Source: a bacterium
Lineage (GTDB): Bacteria > SZUA-182 > DTGQ01 > JAFGSM01
Direction: 5' to 3'
DNA length: 64,000 bases
Assembly (NCBI GenBank): GCA_049472315.1
Contig: JBLIRN010000011.1
Location: forward strand, 1 to 64,000
Under the pieces are notes generated by a model. It was not told the DNA's origin. It made no database searches and worked only from the letters and a program-made list of their open reading frames with translations. Position numbers and translations under genes: made by a program. Of this stretch, positions 10,008-18,974 are shown in pieces; within the stretch, counting starts at the first letter, position 1, and every line of letters starts with the position of its first letter.

Positions 10008-12749
10008 GTGTTATCTCCCTATGTGAAGTGGATACTTCCCCTATTGCTCCTCCTCCTTTTGGCCGGTGGCGGGCTTGAGGCATCCGAGCGGTGGATCGAG
10101 GTGCGGCCCAATCAGGAGGAGGCCCTCCTCGTTTTGCCCCGTAGCGTTATTGCCACTACCTTCAGGATAACCAACAATGCCAAGGAGAGGCGAGAGTTTA
10201 TCCCTGAGATCCGACTTCCGCCCGGCTGGATTCCCATCACCACAGGATTCCCCTTCGAGTTGGATGCATCGACGAGCGACATCCATTTTGTGAGCTTTTT
10301 CGTGCCCCAGTCTGCTCTGGCCGGTCCCTATGAGGTCGCCTATCTGGTGAAGGACAGGCAGGTCCCCTCCATGAGCGACGCATATACGATCCTCGTCAGG
10401 GTCGTCCCCCTCATCAAGATCAAGGCGGAGGTGCTCCATGCACCGGAGTATGTCATTGCCGGGCATGAGTATCAGGCCGTCTTTGCAGTGACGAACGAGA
10501 GCAATGTGGAGGCGAACGTGCGGATCATGGTGAACTGCAGCGATGATCTCCCGATGACCGTGGATGTGAACGAGCTCAAGCTCGGCGCGGGCGAGGCGGG
10601 CAAGGTGCGCGTGACCGCGGTGACGGAGCAGGAAACAGCGAGCCGCACGCAGGTGAACATGCATCTGGTTGCCGAGGTCGTCGAGGACCCGAATGTCAGG
10701 GTGCATGCCCTGGCCTCCGTGGAGGTCGTGCCCAGGATAAGCCTTCACGACGACCGGTATCACCGGATCCCCGGAGAAGTCACCCTGCGGTGGGCCACCG
10801 AACATGAGAGGAAGGACACCACCGGGTTTCAGGCGGATATCTCAGGCAGGGGGAGCATCGACGAGGCAGGTGCGCACCAGGTGGAATACCGCATAAGGGT
10901 GCCCGATCACGGCTATGAATCGATCTATTCGGACTACGATGAATACCTTTTCGGGTACCGTGGCTCCGGTCATGAACTCTATCTCGGGGACCGGGTCTTC
11001 TCCCTCTCCCCGCTTACGGAGAATTACCTCTACGGCCGGGGTATCACGGGGAATCAGTCACTCGGCCGGTTCAACCTCAGGGCCTATCACATGGAGACCC
11101 GCAGATTGATCCCGGAGCGACAGCAGACCGCAGCACATGTGGACTATGCCATTCAGGAAAACCAGCGGATCGCCCTCAATTATCTGCATAAAGGGGAGGA
11201 TGGGGGCGAAGGCGGGGGGATCGTGAGCCTCCACGGCATAGCAAAACCGATGAAGGACATGGATGTGGAGGGTGAATATGGAACAACGGGTAGCGATCAC
11301 GCCTATCTGCTCAAATGCTCCGGCTATCGGACGCGCACGTTCTACCATCTCAAATTCATTCACGCGGACCCTGACTTCAAGGGCTACTACAAGGATGCCG
11401 ATATGTTCTCAACCGGCTTCACCTTCTCCCTTTCCGAGCGGATCTCTTTGAATGCCTACTACCGGAGGGATCTGAACAATCTGGACCGGGACCCCAACCA
11501 GGGCTCTTCGTTTCAGGACACCGCTCACGGTGTGGGTTTGAAGTTCCGTCCGAAAAGTCAGATCGATCTCTCCCTCGACTGGCGCTATCACGAGCGCACG
11601 GATCGCCTTCCGACCCCTGTTTCCGATTACCATGAAAACGGCGTCTCCATCGGTATGTGGTACAACCTGACACGGATGAACATCTTTTCCTCGGCTGAAT
11701 TCCGCAGGACCGGGGACCGGTTGAATGATCGGGCGGTCGGTTCGGAGCACTACATGCTCTCGGCATTCTTCAGGCCCATGGATGCATTGAGCTGCAAGGG
11801 ATACCTTTACTGGGACAGCGACAAAGAGGTTTCAGGAAGCCCGCGGAACCGAATGACCACCGGGCTGGGGGTGCATTATCGTCTCCTGAAGAGGACCTCG
11901 CTGAACCTGAACTACCAGGTCAATGAGTACAGGGAATCGGACGATGAGCGTAAATTCCTCGAGATCATTGTGGAGCATGTGAACAAAAATCGAACCCGGC
12001 TCTCGGCATTCGGACGCCATATCGCATACGGGGACCCTGCAAGAAACAACGAAACCCTGGTCATGATCGAATATACGATTCCCTTCGGTATGCCCATAAA
12101 AAGGAGAATGGACATCGGCGGCATCAGAGGAGAGATATTTTTGAACGAAACAGGGGAAGGGATACCCAATGTCATCCTCAACCTCAACGGGGCCTCCGCG
12201 GTCACCGATAGAAGGGGGCGCTTCCTCTTTCCCGCCATGCAGCCGGGGAACTACTATCTGGGGATAAACCGGACCGGGCTGGATCCGAATACCGTTCCCG
12301 CGGTCAAGATGCCCATGAGCGTAAGCGTGGAAGGCGGCAACGACACCATGGTAGCGATACCGGTGATCCGCAGCGCCTCCCTTGCCGGCCAAGTCCTGCT
12401 CTATACCTGGGAGGGAGACGAGTTGCTCTTCAACAAGGAACAGAACCTCGTGGAGAAGGGGGGGCTGGAAAACGTGATCGTCGAGCTGACAAACGGCTCC
12501 GACACCTATCGCTGCCTCACCGGTTCCCACGGAAGGTTTTCCTTCGATGACATGAAGCCCGGCACCTGGACGCTGAGCATCCCGGGCTCCTATCTGCCAC
12601 AATACCATTACGTGGAACAGGGAGGCGAGGCGTTCGAACTCACACCAGGGCAAAAACGGAGCATGTCCGTGCGTGTGCTGCCCCGTGACCGGAGGATCAA
12701 GTTCATCCAGCAGGGGGGCACGGTGACCGAGGAGGGTTCCGCTCAATGA
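10008..12749 (+). CDS. Large outer-membrane usher-like protein (N-terminal Ig-like domains, central beta-barrel-like region, C-terminal carboxypeptidase-regulatory/SdrD-B-like domains)
   Basis: Hydrophobic signal; amphipathic beta-strand pattern in the centre; TDRRGRFLF..PGNY and TGSHGRFSF..PGTW repeats; start uncertain (ORF is open from 9900). Confidence 0.7.
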   Translation: MLSPYVKWILPLLLLLLLAGGGLEASERWIEVRPNQEEALLVLPRSVIATTFRITNNAKERREFIPEIRLPPGWIPITTGFPFELDASTSDIHFVSFFVPQSALAGPYEVAYLVKDRQVPSMSDAYTILVRVVPLIKIKAEVLHAPEYVIAGHEYQAVFAVTNESNVEANVRIMVNCSDDLPMTVDVNELKLGAGEAGKVRVTAVTEQETASRTQVNMHLVAEVVEDPNVRVHALASVEVVPRISLHDDRYHRIPGEVTLRWATEHERKDTTGFQADISGRGSIDEAGAHQVEYRIRVPDHGYESIYSDYDEYLFGYRGSGHELYLGDRVFSLSPLTENYLYGRGITGNQSLGRFNLRAYHMETRRLIPERQQTAAHVDYAIQENQRIALNYLHKGEDGGEGGGIVSLHGIAKPMKDMDVEGEYGTTGSDHAYLLKCSGYRTRTFYHLKFIHADPDFKGYYKDADMFSTGFTFSLSERISLNAYYRRDLNNLDRDPNQGSSFQDTAHGVGLKFRPKSQIDLSLDWRYHERTDRLPTPVSDYHENGVSIGMWYNLTRMNIFSSAEFRRTGDRLNDRAVGSEHYMLSAFFRPMDALSCKGYLYWDSDKEVSGSPRNRMTTGLGVHYRLLKRTSLNLNYQVNEYRESDDERKFLEIIVEHVNKNRTRLSAFGRHIAYGDPARNNETLVMIEYTIPFGMPIKRRMDIGGIRGEIFLNETGEGIPNVILNLNGASAVTDRRGRFLFPAMQPGNYYLGINRTGLDPNTVPAVKMPMSVSVEGGNDTMVAIPVIRSASLAGQVLLYTWEGDELLFNKEQNLVEKGGLENVIVELTNGSDTYRCLTGSHGRFSFDDMKPGTWTLSIPGSYLPQYHYVEQGGEAFELTPGQKRSMSVRVLPRDRRIKFIQQGGTVTEEGSAQ

Positions 12750-12905
12750 GCATATGGAGCCTTGGAGGAGCTTTTCGTACCCCTTTCAATCCTAAATATT
12801 TTGAGCAGTTATGCCAGAGGTGAGCCGAAGCAGTTACCTTTATTTTTTGATGCTGACTTGCTAAAATAGTTAATGAAAAAGGACCCTTAACCTGGAGATA
12901 GTCGG

Positions 12906-13235
12906 ATGAGTTCATTAAAAGAGGCGGAAAAGCTTCTTTCGACCCTGACAAGCGCAGAAAAGGCACAATTGCTTCAATGGGTAGCCAGAGATATCGGGGA
13001 TGCCTTTCCTGGTATTGAAAGTATTCAAGGGCTGTGCGGGGGGGAAGCGTGTATTGTCCGCACCCGCATTCCGGTATGGGCCTTGGTCCAGGCTCGACGT
13101 TTAGGGATGAGCGAAGCTGATATATTACGGTGTTATCCGACGTTAAGGGCTGAGGATTTGGCAAATGCATGGGCCTATTTCCGTTCACATCAGGATGAGA
13201 TTGAACAACAAATCCGTGAAAATGAAGAAGCCTGA
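12906..13235 (+). CDS. DUF433-family antitoxin
   Basis: GLCGGEACIVRTRIPVW...EADILRCYPTL...DLANAWAY signature. Confidence 0.9.
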   Translation: MSSLKEAEKLLSTLTSAEKAQLLQWVARDIGDAFPGIESIQGLCGGEACIVRTRIPVWALVQARRLGMSEADILRCYPTLRAEDLANAWAYFRSHQDEIEQQIRENEEA

Positions 13236-13237
13236 AA

Positions 13238-13360
13238 ATGGCGCGTCTCTATTCAAAAGAAAATTTTCCATTTCCTGTCGTTGAAGAGCGTCGTCGATTG
13301 GGCCATGCTTCATTGTGTCCATTAGGATATGGACGTTATAAAAAAGAAGCTATCCAATAA
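13238..13360 (+). pseudogene. Truncated DUF5615 PIN-like toxin remnant
   Basis: MARLYSKENFPFPVVEERRRLGH matches the N-terminus of DUF5615 toxins, then homology is lost and the frame stops after 40 codons. Confidence 0.7.
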
Positions 13361-15119
13361 ACGTGATACCGCCAAGGGCCGTTTCAACACCATATGGCCG
13401 TGGATCACGGTATCGTTAATAATCTGGATAGCCCTCATCATCCGCCTTAATTTTGCCTCTACCGCATCAATGATCCCCTTTAATTTTCTCTCCGATTCAA
13501 GCCAATATGTTGCATGGGCCAAATCAATAACCGCAGGCAAAGAGTTTATTTCGGTGTACCACCAAGCCCCCCTTTATCCCTTTTTCCTTGCACTCATCTT
13601 TACCATATTCGGCCCGTCTATCAAATACGCCCTTATTGTTCAAGCAATCATCGGGGCAATAAGCTGTCTTCTTGTTTTCTATCTATCGATGATGCTGTTC
13701 AAGCGGATCTGGATGGCGGTCGCGTCCGCTCTTGTCATGGCCTTCTATGCCCCGGCCATATTCTATAACGGCATGGTGCTCATGGCTTCCCTGGTTGCAT
13801 TCTTATATCTTGTTTTTTTGATCATCCTTGTGAAGGCATTAGAGGATAATAAAAAATGGCTGTGGGCATTGGCAGGGTTGCTCCTTGGGATCAGTGCCTT
13901 GGCCAGGGCAACCATTCTCCTATTCATCCCATTCCTGATGGTCATCCTTGCACTAAGGGCTCCATATGAATTGGGACAAGAAAAACAGGGTCTGGAAAAG
14001 ACCACAATCCCTTATTTAATGGATAGCTTCGTGTATCCCTTGGCCATTTTCATATTCTGCACCCTCCTGGTTATCTCACCGGTCACGTTGCGCAATTACA
14101 TAAAAGGGAAGGACTTCGTATTAATTGCAGCCAACGCAGGGATAACCTTTTATGAGGGGAATAATCCATGGGCCACAGGGCAATACATGGACCCACCCGG
14201 CCTTGATCTTGCTGAAGACTTTAATGGCGAGAAGATTGCGAGCTATTACGAGAAACGCACCCTGCGGCCATCCGAGATAAGCAAGTTCTGGTTTAATGAG
14301 TCAGGACGCTTTATCAAGGAACGGCCCGTGGCGTACATTAATCTCTTGGTGCGAAAATTGTTATACTTTTGGAATCGCTATGAGATCCCCAATGCCGAAA
14401 ATATCTATTTTGCCCGGCAGTATTCACGGGTTTTGCAAATACCCCTCTTTTCATTCCTGTTTGTAGGATCATTGGGACTTGTGGGAATTATGATGGCAAT
14501 CACTAAGAAGATATTCAATGCCTTTGTTGTCATTCTATTTGTTTTTGCTCACATGATCGCGACGGTAATGTTTTTTGTAACGTCACGATATAGACTGCCA
14601 ATTACTCCTTTTTTGATTATCTTCATGGTTTATGCGGTTTTTATGCTTGTCGATTATTGTAAAGAAAAAGACTATTCACATGGGTTTATATGGGTTTCTA
14701 TTGCCATTTTTGCCTTCTGTATTGTCTCCTTTCCCTGGGAGGGCCTGAATCCTTCGCATGACTACGCATCAAGTTACGGCAATATCGGTATCCTTTTTCA
14801 TCGTACAGGGAACCCATACAAGGCAATCCGATATTTCGAGATGGCCATAGAATATGACCCAAGCTATATCAAATCCTACAATAACATCGGCGGTCTCCAG
14901 TATCTTATCGGGAATCGGGAAAAGGCACATGAGTACTGGGAAAGGGGCCTGGAATTGGACCCGAACTTCCCCCTGATCCATCAGAATTTAGGAAACATGT
15001 ACCTGGAACAAGGGGAAATAAAAAAGGCGATAGAGTCATTTTCGATTGCCGCAGGCCGTTTACCCTATTCCATAAAACTAAAGGAACTGCAGGGTAAATT
15101 GGGATTCAGCCCTTCATAA
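13329..15119 (+). CDS. ArnT/PMT-like membrane glycosyltransferase with C-terminal TPRs
   Basis: Multiple TM helices; SDSSQY, PLYPFFLA, GNNP and RYRLP motifs; TPR repeats at the C-terminus. Confidence 0.85.
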   Translation: MDVIKKKLSNKRDTAKGRFNTIWPWITVSLIIWIALIIRLNFASTASMIPFNFLSDSSQYVAWAKSITAGKEFISVYHQAPLYPFFLALIFTIFGPSIKYALIVQAIIGAISCLLVFYLSMMLFKRIWMAVASALVMAFYAPAIFYNGMVLMASLVAFLYLVFLIILVKALEDNKKWLWALAGLLLGISALARATILLFIPFLMVILALRAPYELGQEKQGLEKTTIPYLMDSFVYPLAIFIFCTLLVISPVTLRNYIKGKDFVLIAANAGITFYEGNNPWATGQYMDPPGLDLAEDFNGEKIASYYEKRTLRPSEISKFWFNESGRFIKERPVAYINLLVRKLLYFWNRYEIPNAENIYFARQYSRVLQIPLFSFLFVGSLGLVGIMMAITKKIFNAFVVILFVFAHMIATVMFFVTSRYRLPITPFLIIFMVYAVFMLVDYCKEKDYSHGFIWVSIAIFAFCIVSFPWEGLNPSHDYASSYGNIGILFHRTGNPYKAIRYFEMAIEYDPSYIKSYNNIGGLQYLIGNREKAHEYWERGLELDPNFPLIHQNLGNMYLEQGEIKKAIESFSIAAGRLPYSIKLKELQGKLGFSPS

Positions 15120-15277
15120 TCGATTGCGCGTTGCTGCTGGGTCGTGTTCATGTCAGGAGGATCAAGATCACCCAGCAAGAGGGCCACAATCTGCTAGATC
15201 ATAAGGTCTATTGACTATGGAAGCAGCATGAATTATATTACGTATATGTAACGATAATACGTATAAGGAGGAATGAG

Positions 15278-15547
15278 ATGTCTATTCGTATTCAGGTTAT
15301 CCTCACTGAAGAGGAATTGGCACTATTTAAGCAGCAAGCAAGGAAGAAATCCAAATCCTTAAGCTCCTGGATCAGAGATGCTGCTTATAAGGCGCTACAA
15401 AAAGAAAAGCAAAAGGACTTGACTTCTCCTGCTGCGCTAAAAAAATTTTTTAGCGACAGGAAGCGCAAGGAATCGGGTAAAGAGCCTGATTGGGATGAAC
15501 AGAAAAGGCTTATATTGGAAGGTTATCACCAGAGGGTTTCATCATGA
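15278..15547 (+). CDS. vapB: Antitoxin, CopG/RHH-like (VapB)
   Basis: RIQVILTEEE...SLSSWIRDA ribbon-helix-helix pattern; ATGA overlap with the PIN toxin. Confidence 0.8.
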   Translation: MSIRIQVILTEEELALFKQQARKKSKSLSSWIRDAAYKALQKEKQKDLTSPAALKKFFSDRKRKESGKEPDWDEQKRLILEGYHQRVSS

Positions 15548-15945
15548 TCTTTGTGGATACCAACGTTTTTATGTATGCCGTGGGAAGGGAGCATCCGCTG
15601 CGTCAAGAGGCTCAAGATTTTTTCATTCAGTCCAGGAAGTCCAAGGAATCACTTGTCAGTTCTGCTGAAGTGGCTCAAGAGCTTCTCCATGCATATTTAC
15701 CTGTAGGACGGATAGAAACACTCGATGCAGCAATGGAAATATTCTATTTTGGTCTGGATCATATATTCGACATCACAATCGAGGATGTGCGTCATGCCCG
15801 TAATCTGGTCGAGATCCTTCCAACCCTGACTGCAAGGGATCTACTGCACCTCTCTATTTGTCAGAGGAATAAGATTACCAAGATAAAAACATACGATCAG
15901 GCACTAAGGAGTGCCTTCCCCAAAAATAGCAGGGGAAAAAAATAA
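15544..15945 (+). CDS. vapC: VapC PIN-domain toxin
   Basis: MIFVDTNVFMY, E, RDLLHL and TYD PIN motifs. Confidence 0.92.
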   Translation: MIFVDTNVFMYAVGREHPLRQEAQDFFIQSRKSKESLVSSAEVAQELLHAYLPVGRIETLDAAMEIFYFGLDHIFDITIEDVRHARNLVEILPTLTARDLLHLSICQRNKITKIKTYDQALRSAFPKNSRGKK

Positions 15946-16033
15946 AGAAATTGCAGGGAGAAGTCCCACCGGGAGATCCGGGACAAAGGCGTCATGCTTG
16001 TCTGATATGACGAAGACCGAAATCCGGAGCCCC

Positions 16034-18685
16034 CTAAATGAGCGCGTGGAGTTTATGCACGAGATCCTCGTACTCCTTCCCGGAAAAGCAGTAGCGTAAC
16101 TCAAGGAATCCCCTGCGAAGCGCCTTGACCTTGTCGGCGACCCGCGAATTCTTTACCACCACGTCACGGATCAGTCCGGCAAGGGTCCGGAATCCCTCCC
16201 TGTCCATGCCGAAGCGGGTCATCTCGGCCACTCCCATGCGCAGGGAGCCCGAGGCGGTGAATCCCTCCTCGTCGGGTGCCGCCTGGTAATTGCAGATGAT
16301 GTTGCTCTCCTCGAGCCGCCGGGCGATTTCGGGGCCGTGACCGTACCCCACGTTCACCACCACCTGGTGGGTCTCGGTGAAGTCGATCCCCGGGTCTCCC
16401 GCCACATCCAGCCCCTCCTCCTTGAGAGCGCGGGCGAATGCCTTGGCATTGGCGACAACCCTTGACTGGTATTCATCCTTGAAATGGTTCATCTCGTATG
16501 CGGCCATGAGCAGCCCGAGCAGGGTGCCCAGATGGTGGTTGGAGACCGATCCGGGGAACGCCCTTCTCGTGATCGCCTCCCAGAGATCATACCGCTCATC
16601 CTCTTCCCTGAAGCGGCTACCGATGACCCCGCGCTGGGTGCCGAAGAAGGTCTTGTGGGTGGAGCCGGTGACGATGTCGGCGCCTTCGGCGAATGGCTGC
16701 TGGAAATGGGGGCCGATGAGCCCGAGCACGTGAGCCATGTCATACATGATCACCGCATCGATCCCCTGTGAATCAAGGAATGCGCGGATTTCCGCGACCG
16801 GTTCCTTGTGCAGGACCATGCTCTTGCCGAATATGATCAGCTCAGGCCGGTATGCATCGATCAGCGCGAGTGTTGCCGGAACATCCATTTTATAGGGATT
16901 CCCCTCGAGCATGGGGAAATTGACAACAGCCGGCCGCTCGGTGTGCGGGTCCCTCGCCACGAAGTCCTTCAGCGCACCCATGGGCTGGGCGCTCAGGTGT
17001 CCGCCCTTGCCGATGTGGTTGTTCATAACCTGCCGTATGCGCCTTGGCTCACTCTTCCGGTCGGCCCGGTTTATGTAGTCCACCATGGCGCTGAACATGG
17101 CGGCGTTCGCCATCTGCCCGCTGACGAGGCGCGTCTCCACCTCCTCACACCCCATGAACCTTCTTAACTCCGCATCGAGCAGCCGTTCCACCTCGCCGAT
17201 GAAGTCGGTGCCCTGGTAGTAGAATATCTCCGCATCGTAGAACGCCTTTGCCTTCTTGTGCTCTGCATAACGGAATGCCGGGTCCATCACGGAAAGCAGC
17301 CGTGTCATCGGAGAGAGCGTCATCTCCGAGGGTATGAGGTTGATGCACTCACGCTGGCGCCAGAGCGTATTTGCGGCGCTCTCCCGGAGGAGCCTGCGCA
17401 CCTTACCGGAGATATCACCCGGGGAAGGCGTTTTATCTTCAAGTTGATGATCATGGAGGATCGGCCTGGTATAGGGCGGGGCGTCGCTGCGCATATGGTG
17501 GGGCACCACCACCGCATCGACCATCTTCCCCCGGATCTCCACGGTAAGCCGCTCATCGTCCAGGATGTCGCTGTCGATGTATCCGATGCAGATCGAGCGA
17601 AGCTGGTGGGTGTCGGTTTGAAACGACTCGAGGCCCTCACCCTCCACACGCCACAAGGGGACCATGGTGCCGCTGGTCACGTACCCGGCCTGACGTTCCC
17701 CCTTGAACACTTTCGTCCCTTCACGGGCCACACCCCTTCCTGCAACCGCAATATTCCGGATCAACCGGGGAAGGTCGTGGATGAGGGAATAGTCCCGGGA
17801 AAGAAATCGTGCAAGTGCCTCGTGTTGTTTTAAAAGGGGTTCGCGGCCCACAAACTCCCCCTTCAGGGGCGAGAAGCTCACGGCGAATTTCGACAGGGGA
17901 CAGGCCATGATGGGAATTTCCTTGCCATCCGGATCGATCCCGAGTTCGTGGCCATACAGGGGGAGTCCAGCCTCCAGGCGGAGGGTGTCACGCGCTCCCA
18001 ACCCTACCGGGCTCGCCCCCTTTGAAAGGATCAAATCCCAGATCCCGGGTGCGTCATTTCTGTCGATGAAGAATTCAAAACAGACCGGCTCTCCGGTGTA
18101 TCCGGTGCGTGCGACCTTCACGGTTGCGCCGGCAATGGTGAGGATGCTCACCGTGTTTCTGGCCGGCTCGGGGACAGGACCCGACTCCACAACCTCCTCC
18201 AGTATCCAACGGGAAAGAGGTCCCTGCAGGGAGATCATGGCAATATCCTCGGACCGGTCGATCATCTCCACGTCATTGAATCCCTTCAGTTGGGCCTGCA
18301 TGTGTTTCCAATCCTTCTCCCGGTTTGCCGCGTTCACCACCAGAAGGTATTCCTCCTCCACGAATCGATACAGGTAGGCGTCATCCACAGCACCCCCCGT
18401 TTCATTGGGAATCAGGGTGTACTGGGCCCCGGTCTCCCTGATGTTGAGTGCCTCGGCATTATTGGTCAGAACGTGTTGGAGGAATCGCAATGCCCCTGAG
18501 CCTCGAACGATGAAACGACCCATATGGGATACATCGAAAAGGCCCACACCCTTGCGTGTAGCCAGATGTTCCTGCACAATGCCGGTGGGATAAAATATGG
18601 GCATCTCCCATCCGCAGAAATCCACGATGTTGGCGCCCAAAGATACATGACGATCGTAGAAAACGGTCCTTTTCAGTGTACTCAT
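16034..18685 (-). CDS. gcvT: Fusion of glycine cleavage T protein (N-terminal) and serine hydroxymethyltransferase (C-terminal)
   Basis: GcvT motifs FDVSHMG, RTGYTGE and GLGARDTLRLEAG; SHMT motifs INLIPSE, YDMAHVLGL, GSTHKTFFG and FPGSVSNHH; single 883-aa frame. Confidence 0.93.
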   Translation of the reverse strand: MSTLKRTVFYDRHVSLGANIVDFCGWEMPIFYPTGIVQEHLATRKGVGLFDVSHMGRFIVRGSGALRFLQHVLTNNAEALNIRETGAQYTLIPNETGGAVDDAYLYRFVEEEYLLVVNAANREKDWKHMQAQLKGFNDVEMIDRSEDIAMISLQGPLSRWILEEVVESGPVPEPARNTVSILTIAGATVKVARTGYTGEPVCFEFFIDRNDAPGIWDLILSKGASPVGLGARDTLRLEAGLPLYGHELGIDPDGKEIPIMACPLSKFAVSFSPLKGEFVGREPLLKQHEALARFLSRDYSLIHDLPRLIRNIAVAGRGVAREGTKVFKGERQAGYVTSGTMVPLWRVEGEGLESFQTDTHQLRSICIGYIDSDILDDERLTVEIRGKMVDAVVVPHHMRSDAPPYTRPILHDHQLEDKTPSPGDISGKVRRLLRESAANTLWRQRECINLIPSEMTLSPMTRLLSVMDPAFRYAEHKKAKAFYDAEIFYYQGTDFIGEVERLLDAELRRFMGCEEVETRLVSGQMANAAMFSAMVDYINRADRKSEPRRIRQVMNNHIGKGGHLSAQPMGALKDFVARDPHTERPAVVNFPMLEGNPYKMDVPATLALIDAYRPELIIFGKSMVLHKEPVAEIRAFLDSQGIDAVIMYDMAHVLGLIGPHFQQPFAEGADIVTGSTHKTFFGTQRGVIGSRFREEDERYDLWEAITRRAFPGSVSNHHLGTLLGLLMAAYEMNHFKDEYQSRVVANAKAFARALKEEGLDVAGDPGIDFTETHQVVVNVGYGHGPEIARRLEESNIICNYQAAPDEEGFTASGSLRMGVAEMTRFGMDREGFRTLAGLIRDVVVKNSRVADKVKALRRGFLELRYCFSGKEYEDLVHKLHALI

Positions 18686-18893
18686 CCATGCGCTCCTTTA
18701 TATCGAGTCCTGAATTAAACGATTCCGAAATAGGGGTGGAAGCTCACGAGTGGTTCATTCTTCGCGAACACTATACAATATCAGTATCCGAGCGTTTCGT
18801 CAAACAAATCGGGCCATGGACGCCAATGCCGGATTCATATGGAAAGAATCCGAAAACGTGCATCATTATTGCCAATATAAGGATATGTCATTA

Positions 18894-18922
18894 TTGCCTA
18901 TTTAGGGACATGTGGATATAAT
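18894..18922 (+). promoter_or_regulatory. Sigma-70-type promoter
   Basis: TTGCCT-N17-TATAAT, conserved in the duplicate at 22154-22182. Confidence 0.7.
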
Positions 18923-18974
18923 TTATAGTAGACTACATAAAGATCCGGATTTCTCCTTCGTAAAGGAATATCGT

